DNA of 64,000 nt from the human T2T-CHM13v2.0 reference genome, Homo sapiens. The stretch lies in the NCBI RefSeq assembly GCF_009914755.1, contig NC_060947.1; one strand, written 5' to 3'. The translations under genes and the position numbers were made by a program. Numbering within the stretch: position 1 is the stretch's first letter; the number at the start of each line of letters is the position of its first letter. The notes under the pieces are model-generated. The model was not told the DNA's origin. It did no database searches and saw only the letters and a program-made list of their open reading frames with translations. This document shows positions 39,430 to 54,918 of this stretch, piece by piece.

Positions 39430-40730
39430 AACTGTCTTATCTTTTCTTTTCAACAAATAGTGCTAGAAAAATCAGATATCTATGTGCCCCTCCCCCAAAA
39501 GAACCTTGACTCTTATCCTGTACACAAAAATTAACACAAAATGGATCAGAGATTTAAATCTAAGAGCTAAAAATATAAAACTTCTAAAAGAACACATGGG
39601 AGAAAATTTTTGAGATGTTGGGTTAGGTAAAGATTTCTTAGATATGACCCCAAGGTATAATGCATAGAAGAAAAATTAATAAATCAGACTTCATCAAAAT
39701 AAAAGCTTTTTTTCTCTTGAAAAATTAAGAAAACCATTAAGAAAATGAAGACATGCTACAGACTAGCAGAAAATTCTTGCAAATCACATATGTGACAAAG
39801 GACTTGTATCTAGAATATATAGAGAACTCTTACAACTCATTAATAAGAAGCCCAATAACTCAATTAAAGAATGGGAAAATGATCTGAACAGACATTTTTC
39901 CAAAGAAGATATACAATTGTCCAATAAGCATGTGAAAATATGTGTGATATCATTAATCATTAATCACTAGGGAAATGCAAACAAATCAAGAAAAACCACA
40001 ATCAGATACCACTTCACACCCACTAGGATGGAGCTAATAAAAAAAAAAAGATAACAAGTGTTGGTGAGGATGTGAAGAAACTGGAACTCTCATACAATAC
40101 GAATAAGGATGGAAAATGGTGCAGCCACTTTGGAAAACCATTTGACAGTTTCATAAAATTTTAAACACACTATACAGCCCAGCAATGCCATTTTGAGATA
40201 TTTACCCGAGATAAATGAAGACATGTATCTACATAAAAATCTGTACATGAAGGTTCATAGTAGCATTATCACAATAGCCAAAAGATAGAAACAACCCAAA
40301 TGTCCATTAATAGATAAATGACTAAATACAGTGTGGTAAATCCATACAATAGAATGTTATTCACACATAAAAGAAATGAAGTACCAATATATGCTACAAC
40401 ATGGATGAACCTTGAAAACATTATGCTAGGTCAGGCAGGCCAGGTGCAAAAAGCCACATGATTCCATTATTATTAAATGTCATGAATAAGACAATCCATA
40501 GAGCAAAAAGCAGATAAGTGATTGTTTAGGGATGGGGAAGTGGAATCGGAGAACTAGAGGGCAATGTCTAAAGGGTACAGCGTTTCTTTTTGGGATAATC
40601 AAAGTATTTTAAAATTGATTGTGGTGATGGATGCAGACCTCTGTGAATATACTAAAAGCTGTTGAATTTTATACATAAGATGAGTGAAATATATAATGTG
40701 GGGATTATATTTCAATAAAGCTGTTTTTAA
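39430..40730 (+). mobile_element. L1MB 3' portion
   Basis: ttcaacaaatagtgctagaa...gataccacttcacacccactaggatgg...caacatggatgaaccttgaaaacattatgcta...tttcaataaagctgtt. Confidence 0.88.
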
Positions 40731-43700
40731 AAACTGTTTTTGGAGACAATGCTTTTTCTCCCACTTTGAGGGAATGACAATAATGAAACAGATGAAAATA
40801 AAGAACTAAGAACAAAAAGACCATTGCTTCAACAGTTTTAAATGGAACAGCCTGCATCCCTGGATAGATCAATCCCCACTTGATGAATCTCTTCAGTCTA
40901 CTCAAGAAATAGCAAGGCATTTAGCACCAGTGCTAACCACCCCCATTAGTAATAATCCTTCCCTAGCACTGAAAATAGCACCACTGTGATATAAATAGCT
41001 TAATAATGGCACTGTCAAACACTTGCCACAATTTTAGCAGGCTGGCTTTTGCCTTGCTTTGTTTTGTGAGTCCTCTGCCTTCTGCTCCTTATACCATCCA
41101 CAGTGTAAAGAAAAGGGGGTCAAACGAAAATTACAAGTTTGAAAATATTCTTTGGTGATGTCATTGCAGGCAGCAAGAAAGATCTGAATATAAGAATTAT
41201 GCAAATACCTTTTAGAGGCCATCCTGGAAAGCAATGTATCCACCAAAGTAAGTACGACATCACATTGGCAATCCTTAGGAGCATAGAGAGGTAGAGTACA
41301 TTCAGAAGAGTGAAAACATGTCTCGACAGAACCAACACTATGAGGTGGATACTCTGTTATTGTGGAACTAGAAGGACTCTTACAGGTCATATACTAAGGC
41401 TCCTTAAAAAATTAAGGCCCAAAAAGAGACGTGATTGGCTCCACGTTACATAGCTAGGGAAGAACAGAGTGAAGACTAAAACTCAGGCCTCTGAATCCCA
41501 GCCTAGGGCTCTTTCCACTTGCTGAATGCTAGACAGTGACAGACTAGTCAGCACAAGAGACTGGAATTCTATGCCAAAGCTTTTGATTGAATTGGCCAAG
41601 TCACACCTCTGTCACTGCTCAGAGCCAGGAGCATCTCAACAACAATAAAACTCTAAGAGGATAAATTACTGAAGAAATAACTGATCACCAGGCTACACTT
41701 AGTCTTTTCTTTCCAGAAGGGCAGTATATTTGATGTTTGGCCACTCTTTTAAAGTGTGAAATCTACCACCACATATGACATGGTAGTTTGCAAACTGTCT
41801 CCTTTCACAGAGCCCAGCCTGGCTTTTCACCTTTGTTCTATTTCACTTCATGCTCAAGCCAATCCTCCCAAAGCCTTTCTCTAGGAACCTCTGAAAGGTT
41901 GGAGAAGGAGAATTTTGGTAATAAAAACATGAACTTTCCAGCCTTGATCTTCTCAAGTGAAGGCCAATGATAAATGACCTCCCTCTTGAGGCATAATTTA
42001 TGCCCATGTGGCCTTTTCTAATGAGCCCAATGTTGACTGACAGGGTCATAACACTAGGAGAAGAGAGAGGTTGGCTCTGAGAGAGCCGGAGGCCAGGGAG
42101 TATAAATAAGATCAGATATTACTTGGGAAAGCAGAGATAACAGGGGAGAGAAAAACTGGCTATGTAGGCAAAGGAAAAACACACCTACCTTGGTAAGTGC
42201 ATTCAACATTTCCAAGGTTAAATCCAATCTGTCTTGCTGTGTTTCCTGCAATTGCCTTTGTGCTTACAGCACCCAGTTCTTTTGTATGGCAACGTGGAAA
42301 GGGCAAGTCTTTCCTAGAATACTAAGCAGCAATTGAAACATCCCTCATGCTCTCATCTGTGTATTATGCATCAACCATTTCCTTAAAACCCCTGTACTAG
42401 TTTCCAAGGCTATGGATAATCTTGGAATCGGCTTAAACCTCTCCTCTGTTATTCTGAGACCTGTAATCCCAGATCCAAGTAGTCGGTGCTATAAAGGTAC
42501 AGACAAAAACATAAAATAAATCCTTCCAATTGAAAATTGGCCTAACAAAGCTAGAACAAGCACTAAAGGCCATACTTATGTCTTAGGCATGTATATTGAG
42601 GCAATAATGAATCTTCACTTGCACAGATTCTGGGTGTGGACAAAACTGAATCTAGAGATGTCAATCAGTGTAGCATGAAAATGGATGTTGTGAAGACCAG
42701 CTGCACCACTGTGTATGATGCCAAAAAGCTGGAAGTCTATTATTAAAGCTCTGCAATTAATTTTAAGGCCAGAACATGTATCTATTAAACTACTACTATC
42801 ATGTGAACCAGAAATTTGGGTCCCAGTTTTTATGTATCCATCACTTTTATGCATGAAAGTCAATGTGTACTTTAGTTATGGAAATTAATAATTGGATAAT
42901 TTTGTCAACACTCCACAACCACTCCAGCTGCCAAGGAATCAAAAGAACAATTTTCACCTGCAAGTGAACTAATATGCATCACCATCCAATCCTCTATCAT
43001 GTCCTCTTTGACCTCCTAGAAGTCCATTTTAATCCCTGGGAGTAGCCAGAGCCCTACCAACTACTTCTTATATCATTAATAACTTCTTATTGAGGTGAGG
43101 AATCAATTGGGGTGTCTTCCTACTAGTGGTGGTTGGCTTTCCTGTCTACACAGACCCCAAATATCTCAGAGGCAAGAGGTCAGGAAACCAAACTTCTATA
43201 ACATCAAACATAAGCCCTAGAAAGATCAAGGGCTCTAAAAGACACATTCAAACAAAATAAAAACAGAGAGAAAGAAATGAGCCATGTCTGCAGATTGCTT
43301 GTCAATCAGTGTGAGCCAATCAGTCAAATGATACACACAATTACAGAAGCAACAATAAATTTGCAATAACCAACTGGGCTCTTTTAGCTGATCATTATTT
43401 ATATGAAGAGGGAAAACCACCTGGTTTGGTCGATTTGGAATCCAGTTATAGTGAACACTGAAATCAAGCGATGGCCTTGATTTCATGAATAAATCATTCC
43501 ATAACAAATAGTCTTGACCATACTTTGTTCTTTACAAATAAGTGCCTTGTGTCACGTATAGCCAAAAACATGCATTGGAATCTCATCCAAGCAAGTCAAG
43601 CTATTGCCATACATGTGACTTCAGCCTCCACAAAAAAGATTATATTCGCAAGCAGTACGAATACCCACTAATAATCAAAGTGATTGACAGGTGTTAACTT

Positions 43701-43964
43701 TAGTGCTGTCATCACCAGACCTGGGAAATGAGCTGAGCTCCAAAATTTTGAATTTGGCACCAACTTTCACTATACCCAGCATCTATTTTGTAATTAGTAG
43801 GTTTGTCCATGTACCCCCAAATTTTATTTAATGTCTTTGCTGTAACAAAACAACGTTTAATTTGTGGTCACCCTGTGCATACCAATATTACCATTAAAGT
43901 TACGGTAGTTAGTTCTTAATTATCAGTGTTTTATGTAAACAACATTTTCTAGTGCACTCTGTGC

Positions 43965-44076
43965 ATGTGTGTGTGTGTATATCTACATATATGTGTGTGT
44001 GTATATCTACATATATGTGTGTGTATATATACATACATATACATATATGTATGTGTGAGTATGTGTGTGTGTATAT
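43965..44076. repeat. Compound (TG)n/(TA)n microsatellite
   Basis: Includes a duplicated gtgtgtgtatatctacatatat unit. Confidence 0.9.
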
Positions 44077-45036
44077 TTCATTAAAAATGTTTGTGGTTAA
44101 GTAGGATTGGGATGGATTTCCTTGCTGTAGAACTTCTCAGAGCATTCAATGTGCCAGTGAGCACTGGAATCTCTAAGAATGGCACACAATTTGCAGCATT
44201 TTACTGCAAATAAGGCAAACCTTATTTGCCCACAGAATTCTCTTTGGAGAGCTTTTTGGGGTGGGGACATGGAGACATTTCTCCTTAGAATGTATTTAGG
44301 GAAATGTTGCTTTAAATGTCTGCCCTCAGTGACTTCCAAGTAAACCACCAGATAGAAGCCACCTGGTGGAATATGCACTCCTTTGGAGGCCCCCTATCTC
44401 TTCTGAAAGACCTAAGGATAATGTCTGGGGAATTGAAAGATGGGTCCTCAAAACATCTACCTGGGCCATCTGAGAATCTGTTTATGTCAGTTCATTCAAT
44501 CAAAAAACATTTATAGAGCATCCATAATATACCAGGAGCTTAGCATTAATTAAAAAAAAAAAAAGGTTTGGATTGCTTTTACCCTCCTTAGCAGAGACAG
44601 AAATTTTCAAAGATAAAGTGATATTTGAACCAGGTCTTATAAGATGACCTCCAGGGGTCAGGGTGGGCAGAGGAAGACATTTTAAAGAAAGGGAATGTAT
44701 ATACAGAGGTACAGATGCCTGAAAGGGCATGGTTCAGATCCACTGGGCACCACTCTATTTCTCTATATGAATGTCATATCATATGCTGGTATTTTGTAAT
44801 ATGTCCCCCAAAGAAAGGGAACTGATGTTTAAAGGAGTTTGAGAGAGCTTGCCACTCTGCATGGCCTGCTGTAGGACAAAACCCTATGCATCACTGGACT
44901 GGAGCTTGCTTCCCTAGGAGATGGAGGTGTCCCTTTATATATTATTTGGAACAAAAGCAGAATGCCAAGGCATGGTATATATTCACAAATGTTGGAAATT
45001 TATAATAAGAATGATAGAGATAAAGTAGGGGGAAGA

Positions 45037-45367
<331 letters not shown>

Positions 45368-47159
45368 TTATTAATATATGAAAATTGCCATAAATCTCAT
45401 TTAATGATGAATTATATGCATATATATATATATACATCCATGTGTCAATTTACAGAGTGCTTTCATATCCATTATTTGATTTAATCCTCATAAGAGTCCT
45501 GTGAGCATGCTCAGGGCAGGTGTGATCAGTCCTTTTGTACAGAGAAGGAGTGTGAGGTTCAGGACAGTTAAGTGGTTAAGTGACAATATCAAGACTAAAG
45601 TCCAAATCTTCTTAATCCCAGTCTTATGTTTTTGATTTGCATATTCCTATATTACTTCAGAAGGCTGAAGGCACAGGGAATCAGATTTATGCCTAATATA
45701 AAGAAACTCTAAAAATCACAGCTGTTGAACAGTGAAATAGGCTGTCTTATAGTCTTATAGAGTGATTGTAGAGGATATCCATGCCTTAGGTGGAAGATTA
45801 AATGTCATGGCTTCTAAAGTCATTCTCAACTCTGTGATCCAATGATTCTAAACTTTCTATGTCCTATTTCTCTGAGATGAGGCTTTGGCAATCAGGCCTA
45901 TACTTAGACAGCTCCTGTTTATTACATACATGGTGCTTAGAAGATAGACACTCTTAGAGAAATGCTTGGGAATTGGAGATTTTCCCAACATCACAGACAA
46001 ACCCATTGCTTCAGTACAACAAACAGAAGTCAGGTATAACCAATGTGTCCAGGTAGCTCTCAGATCGCAAAATGATGGGAAACAAAGCCAAATATTTCTC
46101 AAAATTGCAAAGTACACAGTACCTGGGTGAGTTTTCCCTGAAACTTAAAATCTTGGAGCACACATTACTATCAGAAATTATAGGAGGAGGCACAGGTCTG
46201 CATTTGAACACTCATCAGTAACTTTGATATATAGTGAATCCGCCTTTTAGGAATACCTTTTCTATATAGTTGTTTAAACACCAAAGGCATTTTAAGAGGT
46301 AGAATATATGGACTGATACTAATCCACACTTGTCTTTTCTGATGGGAGACCAGAATTCTCTTTAGAGCCAACAGAACCAGCCACTGTTCCAATTCCCTTG
46401 GAACATTTTTGTTGTATATTTACAGCTCCCTATGCTTAAGAGAATGGTGCATCTGTCTGATGGAGACGCCTGGCTGCATTCTTTCCCAGATATTAATATA
46501 GGTGGCACTTTAGTAGTATAACCAATGACATGAAGAACCTGATTTGGAGGGGGAACAGATGGCAGCATCTTTCTTGGGCTAATTTTAGGATCCTGAAATA
46601 GTCCCTTTCTCACACAAACCATCAGTGGAACCAAATTAAGACAGCTATGTCATATGGAAAAGAGAAAGAGAATAAATATGGTTTAGTGTGAGGCAAAGAC
46701 AACGAGCCAGAGGCTTCAGTGCTTTCCCCGTATCTGACTTCTTTCAGAGCATATGAAGGTCACTTCAACTTCCTTTTATCAAAATAGATGCTGAGCATCA
46801 ATGTGAGGGTATCTAAAAAGTAATGAATGGGCAAATATCATTTTCAGTCACATGTATTGAACAATGAAGGTTGCATCATATAATAGCTAAATTCATATTC
46901 ATAAGAATTCATAGAACCTAGGTTCTAACACATCTTTCATAGCAGATAAGGAAGCTGAGGCTAAGTGACCTTTCTGCATGGTAAATCAGAAGCAGATTGA
47001 ATTTCAAAGCCTCAGATTCCTGATTCATTGCTTTGCCTGCTAAAAATACCTTTTCTCCAAATGAAACCTATAATATCAGGTTGTGATGATGAGATGTGGA
47101 GGAAGAGTCCGTCAACAAGAAATGATATTTTAGGTATAACATGATCATCTAAGAATTTA

Positions 47160-47564
<405 letters not shown>

Positions 47565-48956
47565 TTAGTTTAATAGCAGATATATGGATTATTCTAACCA
47601 AACTAATACACACTGACACTGGAGTAGAACTTTTCAATAAATGGTGATACTAACCAACCTTAGGTGCAATTCCTAATTGGGCTAAAAACTTGGCTCATCC
47701 AAATTCAAGAGTAATTCTCAAAACATCCTTCAATATAATGACACACCTAGTTGAAGAACTCTGTAAAGCTAAGGGTTCTAAGGACAAAGAGCATATCTAA
47801 ATTTAATATAACAAGTGGAGTTCCAAGCTTGATATGGTTTTTTCTGGAATTTAAACATTTATGTTAGTTTCTAGGATGTTTAGCTTTCAGGGGCATTACT
47901 GGAGAATTTTTAACATTTCTATTTCTTAAAATCCCTGTCCTATTTTTGGACTCAAAGTCCCATCCCTTTGTGATATTATGAACCAAGGAAAACTTTCAAA
48001 GTTAAAACATTTTTATGCCAAGTTAAAATGAACCAAGTAACCTTGTATATCAGGCATACATACATACTTGATAAGAAACCAGGTCATCCTTTGCACAGAG
48101 TATATGGCCAAGTATGGAATATTGAAATGTGAAATGTGTGTGCATATGTTGAATGTTTATATGTGTGTATAAGTGTGTCCTCTACTCCTTATGCTACACT
48201 AGGTAGAGAAACTGTCTAAATAACAACCAGTACATATAAACACCTTAGCTTTTGCTTGAAAAATACTCTCATGTTTCTACCACTCACCCTTCATCTTTCC
48301 ATCCTCTCAAAGGATGCACATAAGATCTGTGTATTCAGGGTCATCTTCACCAGTGCTCACCCTTGGCTGCCACAAGTAATGAGGTAAAGAAGTGAGAATA
48401 CATTATACAGCCTGATTTATGGATTGGAAGGATCTAGTGTAATTTTCACATTTACCTTGGGCTAGAGGAAATGACTAATATCGCAAAAGAAATGCAGGGA
48501 TCAGAGGCAAGAGGAGGGGACTGGACACCTGGGACTATGAGCTGAAGAAAATAGGAAGAGAGATAGGCTCAGCCTGGGGAAGAGAATACTGGAAAAGGTT
48601 GAATTCGTTGAGTAAAACACATTAGCCTCAAGGTATCTAGAAGTTCATTGAGAGGTTGAGCTGCAGAAACAGTGTGATTTAATCAGGCTTAAGTCATCGG
48701 TAATAACCCTAAATAAATAAATAAACCCTAGCCAGTGCACAGAAAGCATTAAACACAATTATAGTCTGATGGCTCTCCTTTGGTCTCAGCAGGAGAACTG
48801 CATTCAGAAACACCAGGTTGATAATTCACTCCCTTTGCAAATATTTATTGCTTTGCCATAGCACCAAATCCTTTAAGACATGTTAATGAATAAATTTCTC
48901 AGTAATGCTAAGAGAAGTTTCAGTCAAAATCTCTAGTGTACCTTTGAGGACATTTA

Positions 48957-49015
48957 TGTGTGTGTGTATGTGTGTGTGTGTGTGCGTGGTGTGTGTGTGT
49001 GTGTGTGTGTGTGTG
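48957..49015. repeat. Imperfect (TG)n microsatellite
   Basis: Read directly. Confidence 0.9.
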
Positions 49016-49929
49016 CGGAGGGGGAGGGTAAGTGGCATCCAACATAAGCAAAGTGACTTCCAAAGCTGCCCTCAGTCCCAGAGTTCTATCTTGACAGGGG
49101 GACAAAGGGATGGTTTTAAGTGAGGATAGGCACCCTTACCCACTTGGTGCATACATGGACACCCAGGATGAGATGGTCAATACCTCAGCCAAGAGAAGCT
49201 CTGATTTCTTTGACTCCCTTGCTGGTTAATTCAACCCAACCCAAGTAATTATAGGCTGGGGTCTTTAATTTTTGACTTAAAAGGATGAAGGAAGGGGCCC
49301 TTTTAGTGTCTCCATATATTCACAGCCAATAACCCCCATAACCCTAGAAATGGTCTCTTGACTTAGCAGTTCACCAGATTCACTGGCACCTTGCAGGAGG
49401 TCACTGCCTTTGAGTCAGATGTTTTCCATAACTTGTCATGTACTTTAAAACTGTCAGACAAATGGTGGTGTGGAAATGTGTGAAGCTATATATTTATGAT
49501 TTCACTCATCCAGTCTCCTCTGGAGAGTCAGCTGTGTAGCCCTATTAGGACTTTGGACTTTTTTGCTCCCATCTCTTAAACCTCTTAAGCCTCTGGAGTA
49601 TGAGTATGATTAACCGTCTCCAGATGAAAATGAACATGATGACTGACAGCTATAGTATCATATAGCACCCAAGAACTTTCCAGAGGGCCCAGCCTCAGCC
49701 AAATCTATGTTGAGCACCTTCCAGTGGTACATTTTAGTCACTCCACTCTCTCGTTGGGCTGAATATGGAGTAATGGAAAAAGCGCAGCTGATGTGATGTC
49801 AGTCAGGATGGGGTCCCCAACACTTCCTAGTTGTGCACTCTAACCTCCCTTGGCTTCAGTTTCTTCTTTGCAAAGCAAGGGTGATAATAAGAATACCTAT
49901 CTTGTGGGGTTGTTGTGGGGCACAAATCA

Positions 49930-50368
<439 letters not shown>

Positions 50369-52779
50369 CTAATCTTACGGAATAGAAGCGAGAACAAGAA
50401 GGAAAGAGCAAAGAGGAAAAGAGGAAAAAATTGCTGAGAGAAAGAGACTAAAAAGAGGAATAGAAGCTGAAGAGGAAAAAAAAGAGAAAGTATCAAGGGC
50501 AACCATCTAGGAACTGAGCTGTGATTATGATATGACATGAGCACTGCTGGGGGCCTGTGATTCAAGGATAAGATTTCCTGCTGGTTGGAAGGAGGCTTCC
50601 AGTTGTGGCAAATGCCAAATGTAGGAGATTTATGCTAACACCCAGTAAAGCTGCTGCTGCCTCTGCAGAGGCCCGCTGAGAGCAGGATATTTATCGTCGT
50701 CAAGAGTGATGACTTAGGAGTCACACAGACCTGGATTCAAATCTCAACTAGGCACTTAAAAGCTGTGTGACCTCAGGGAAATCACTTAATGTCTCTGAGT
50801 CTCAGCTTTGCCTTCTCTAAAGCAAAGATAATGCACTAGGTGACACCTGAGTCCCTTCTAGGTCCTAGAGTCTATAGGGAGGAATCTTCTCTTTTCCATC
50901 TCAAACAGGCTTCAGAAAACAAAGATGTTAGGATAATTAAATGTTAAGAAAATAGCTGCCCACCTCCAAGGACTCTTCACTTCTGCTAGAAAGACATCAA
51001 ATGCTCTTCTTTGCTAGACTAAGACTTCCTTGTCCTGATTTTGCCAGCATTTTCAATGTCTGCTGCCAGAGCTCAGTGCCTCCTGCACTTCCTGCTGCCT
51101 GGCACTTGGAGCTGGATGAGGTGTGTCGCACCTTTACACAGTTGGGTTCCCATCCTGCCACAGCTTCCAAGGGCTATTTCCTACCAGCTGGGGGCCTAGA
51201 GGGAAAGCTGGCTTCACAGCCAAGCAGGGTGCAAATTCGCTGGAACTAAAAACCTGCTTTAGGGTGAGGGGATAAGGAATGAAATCATGGAAGCACAGCT
51301 GAAAGGGCAGAAATGAAACAAGCTGTGGGCTGGAGATGATCTAATGTCTACCTCCCTTCTCTTTAAGAAGGCTGCATTTTCAAAAGCATTTTATATATAT
51401 TTGTATCTTCTCAGTGCAAAAGCAAGCTTCTGCCTGGGTTTTCTCCTCTTCTCCAGGGCTTCCTGACTCAAGAAGGAATATATTAAATGACACTTTACTG
51501 TATTATATTAAAATATTAAATGACATTTGATTATCATATCTATTAGCAATGCATCCCTCCCAGGTATCTTAAAATTCTTGTGTTTGACAATGTACTTGCT
51601 TTAGTAGTTAGAGAATAAATTAGTGAGAAGGTGGATTCATCTCAATGAAACATATGAGCTATGGTAAAAGAACTGGATCATAGCCAGTGTGACTACACAG
51701 CTCGGATTTTCTAAGACTGTTCCAATTGTAAATATTCTGTCCCATGGTCTGTGTAATAACTCTTGAACTTGTCTCAATTTGGGTTCAGAAAAGCTGGCTA
51801 GTCATAAATGATATCCCCAAGGTTGATCTGGATACTTACATACAAGAAAATGGGGAAAGAATTGGACCAGATATAAAGGGAAAGAGAAAGATTCTAAAAA
51901 AAATAAATAAAATAAAAAAATAATAAAAAAAACAAAGACATGACAAAAGGAAAACCCACCAGTGGATTTTATTCATTGACCTCCTTGGGATACAGCTAAT
52001 GAGGACCATATCCTACATGGCTTCACTAAGACCCTCGGTGTACCCAAGGACTGTGGGAAAACTGACATCAATAACCTTTGATCCAAAATGCTTCCCTTGA
52101 TACTTTCTGTATCTAGCAGAAAACCGTAGACAAGAGGCACTAGACAAAGGAGTGTCACAAGGCCAGAGTGATTATTAACCAATTATTTTTAAATTTCATT
52201 TATTTTTAGGCTAAAAATGTAATAATGTGGCCATTTGAAAACACAGTGTGTTCTATGCTCTATTATTCCTTTAAGATGTAAAAAGAAAAAAATTAAAACA
52301 GATTTCTGCACGTCTCAAAACTCCTACCACTTTAGTTAGGTGAATGGAACCATCAAGATCACCCAGTCTAATACTTCCCAAGTCTAAGTGCTCATAAAAG
52401 TCATGTGAGGAGATTTGTAAAAACACAAACACTGGGGCCCTAGCCCTGGGGATTCTGATTCAATAGATCTTGGGTGTGGCCCAGGAATGTAATATTTTTC
52501 TAAAGCTCTGAAAGATTTTGAAAGGCAGCCGGGTTTGGAAACCACTGACCATTACAATCCCTTACTAACATAATCATTGTCATAATCATTATTATTATTA
52601 TTTCCATTATTAGTATTTTCACATCATTAATAATAATAGTACCTGTAGCTATAATTTTACCTTGTCAATATGTTTCCATATCTATTATCTAAGTTTAACC
52701 TTACAACCACCCTAATGGATAGAGAAGGCAGGTGTTACTAGTCCCATTTTACAGTTAAAAATATTATTCACAAGAGATA

Positions 52780-53175
52780 CACAAATGTGGTGGTCTACAT
52801 ATACATGAAATATCATCCTTCAACAAAAAGGAAAGAAGTGTCAATACATGGAACAACATAGATAAAATTTGAAAACATTATTCTAAGTCAAAGAAGCACA
52901 AAAGACCACATAGTATTTGATTCAATTTATATGAAGTGCGCAGAATAGGCAAATATGTGGAGACAGAAAGTAGATTAACCATTGTCTAGAGCTGAAGAGA
53001 TTGGAGAAAATATGCAGTGACAACTAATTGGAATAGGGTTTCTTTCTGAGGAAATGAAAATGGTCCAAAATTATGTTATGATGATGGTTGCACCACTTGA
53101 TAAATCTTCTAAAAATCATTGTACACTTGAATGGGTAAATTTCATGTTATGCAAATTATACCTTAATACAGTTGT
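52780..53175 (+). mobile_element. L1MB 3' end splitting a MIR
   Basis: caacatagataaaatttgaaaacattattctaagtcaaagaagc...gagacagaaagtagatta...gatggttgcaccactt. Confidence 0.75.
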
Positions 53176-54013
53176 TTGTTTTTTTAAAGAGTTATTTTAA
53201 AAATAATTAACATGAGTCACATTAATGATAAGAACAAACCTATGATCATGTAGCTAACCAGCTATAAACTAGGATAACTCAAACAATAATAACTACCTTT
53301 TATTAAGCACTACTGTGTGCCAGGCAGAGTAATATGCACTTTATATCTACTGTCTTATTTAATCCTCAAAGCCATTATTCCCACTTTACAGATGACAAAA
53401 TGAGGCTTAGGGAATCTAGATGGTTTCCTCAAGGTCTTACAGGCTAGCACTGACAGATCCTGAATTTCAACCAAATCTGAGTCCAAAGACTTCTGTTTTC
53501 ATTATAATCTGCTGCCTCTAAGACTAGAACCCAATGACCCTGATATTTCACACCGGGAAGTCTGTCCTCCATTCCCAGATGGGCAGTTCTAAAATATAAA
53601 ATAGGAGAGAAAAAGACACATTGTCTTCATCCTCCTCATCCCAGTGCCCTTTCCCATTTGGCTCTGTGGCAGTGGGAAAATTGATCACATTTCTTAACAC
53701 TATCCCAGACATAGCCCTGAATTTTCTTGACTGAATAGGCAGTACTAAGGACTAAATGGGTATTGAGGTCCACTGTGCCTTGTAGTTGTACATGACATGT
53801 GAACAAATGCAACTGAGCCCTATTCACACTTCACATAGTCCAGGAATTCACCAAGAAGTACTACTGCACCCAGGAGTGACAGATAAGAGGAGTTCAACCT
53901 AATATGACTCAAAGGTAATCAAGGGAATAGAAAGCTGCAGTCTTTTCAAAGTTACATTTATTGCCTACCTATGTTGAACAGAGATTATCACCAGCCCCTC
54001 GTGATACATCAAT

Positions 54014-54016
<3 letters not shown>

Positions 54017-54054
<38 letters not shown>
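54017..54054. repeat. (CA)n microsatellite
   Basis: Read directly. Similar (CA)n at 18145-18178. Confidence 0.95.
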
Positions 54055-54057
<3 letters not shown>

Positions 54058-54556
54058 CTAGGGAGAAAAATCAACATGTAAAAAATGGACTTTGGGGAAA
54101 TTTTGTGCATAACGCCTCTCTTATATCAGAGACAAGAATATTCTAATACTTGGTCTGAATACAATGTCACTTGGTTCAGTACTCTTTCCTAATGTCTATT
54201 GTGGTCTTTAGAATATCACAGTTCATGGAAATGAGGACATATTGGGTGATACAGGGTGCTTTGTCTGTGAAAGTTGTTACAGAGAAATCCCTGAAATTTG
54301 ACTGAGATGTGGATTTTACAGTGACAAAAGACAGACACCCTAACAATTACTCTGTTGGACAGCTCCCTCGACCTAGCTTCAAACCCTTCAAAGTTGCCGT
54401 GACTCTCCTTTATTTTAAGACATGCTCCAGGATGGCCAGTCCTTTGATGGTCAGGAAGGGCCTAGGATTAACCACTGCCTGTCCATTGAACACATGATGA
54501 AATAATCTAAGCTTCCTGGGCATTGGTTTTCAAGGTCAGCTATGTAGAAAGATCTC

Positions 54557-54848
54557 GGCCAGGCACAGTGGCTCACACCTGTAATCCCAACACTTTGGGA
54601 GGCCAAGGCGGGTGGATCCTGAGGTCGGGAGTTCAAGGCCAGCCTGACTAACATGGAGAAACCCCACCTCTACTAAAAATACAAAATTAGCCAGGCATGG
54701 TGGCACATGCCTGTAATCTCAGCTACTTGGGAGGCTGAGGCAGGAGGCAGAGGTTGTGGTGAGCCAAGATCATGCCATTGCACTCCAGCCTGGGCAACAA
54801 GAGCGAAACTCTGTGAAAGAAAGAAAGGAAGAAAGAAAGAAAGAAAAG

Positions 54849-54910
<62 letters not shown>

Positions 54911-54918
54911 GAAGGAAG
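54557..54918 (+). mobile_element. AluSp-like element with an internal deletion and (GAAA)n tail
   Basis: Sp diagnostics gaggtcgggagttc, aacatggagaaacc and ggcaacaagagcgaaactc. The right arm lacks AATCGCTTGAACCCGGGAG. Confidence 0.88.

Noticed and set aside
45857-46634. Four overlapping minus-strand ORFs suggesting a frameshifted processed pseudogene
   Set aside because: No recognisable protein similarity, poly(A) tail or TSD. The lengths are compatible with chance.
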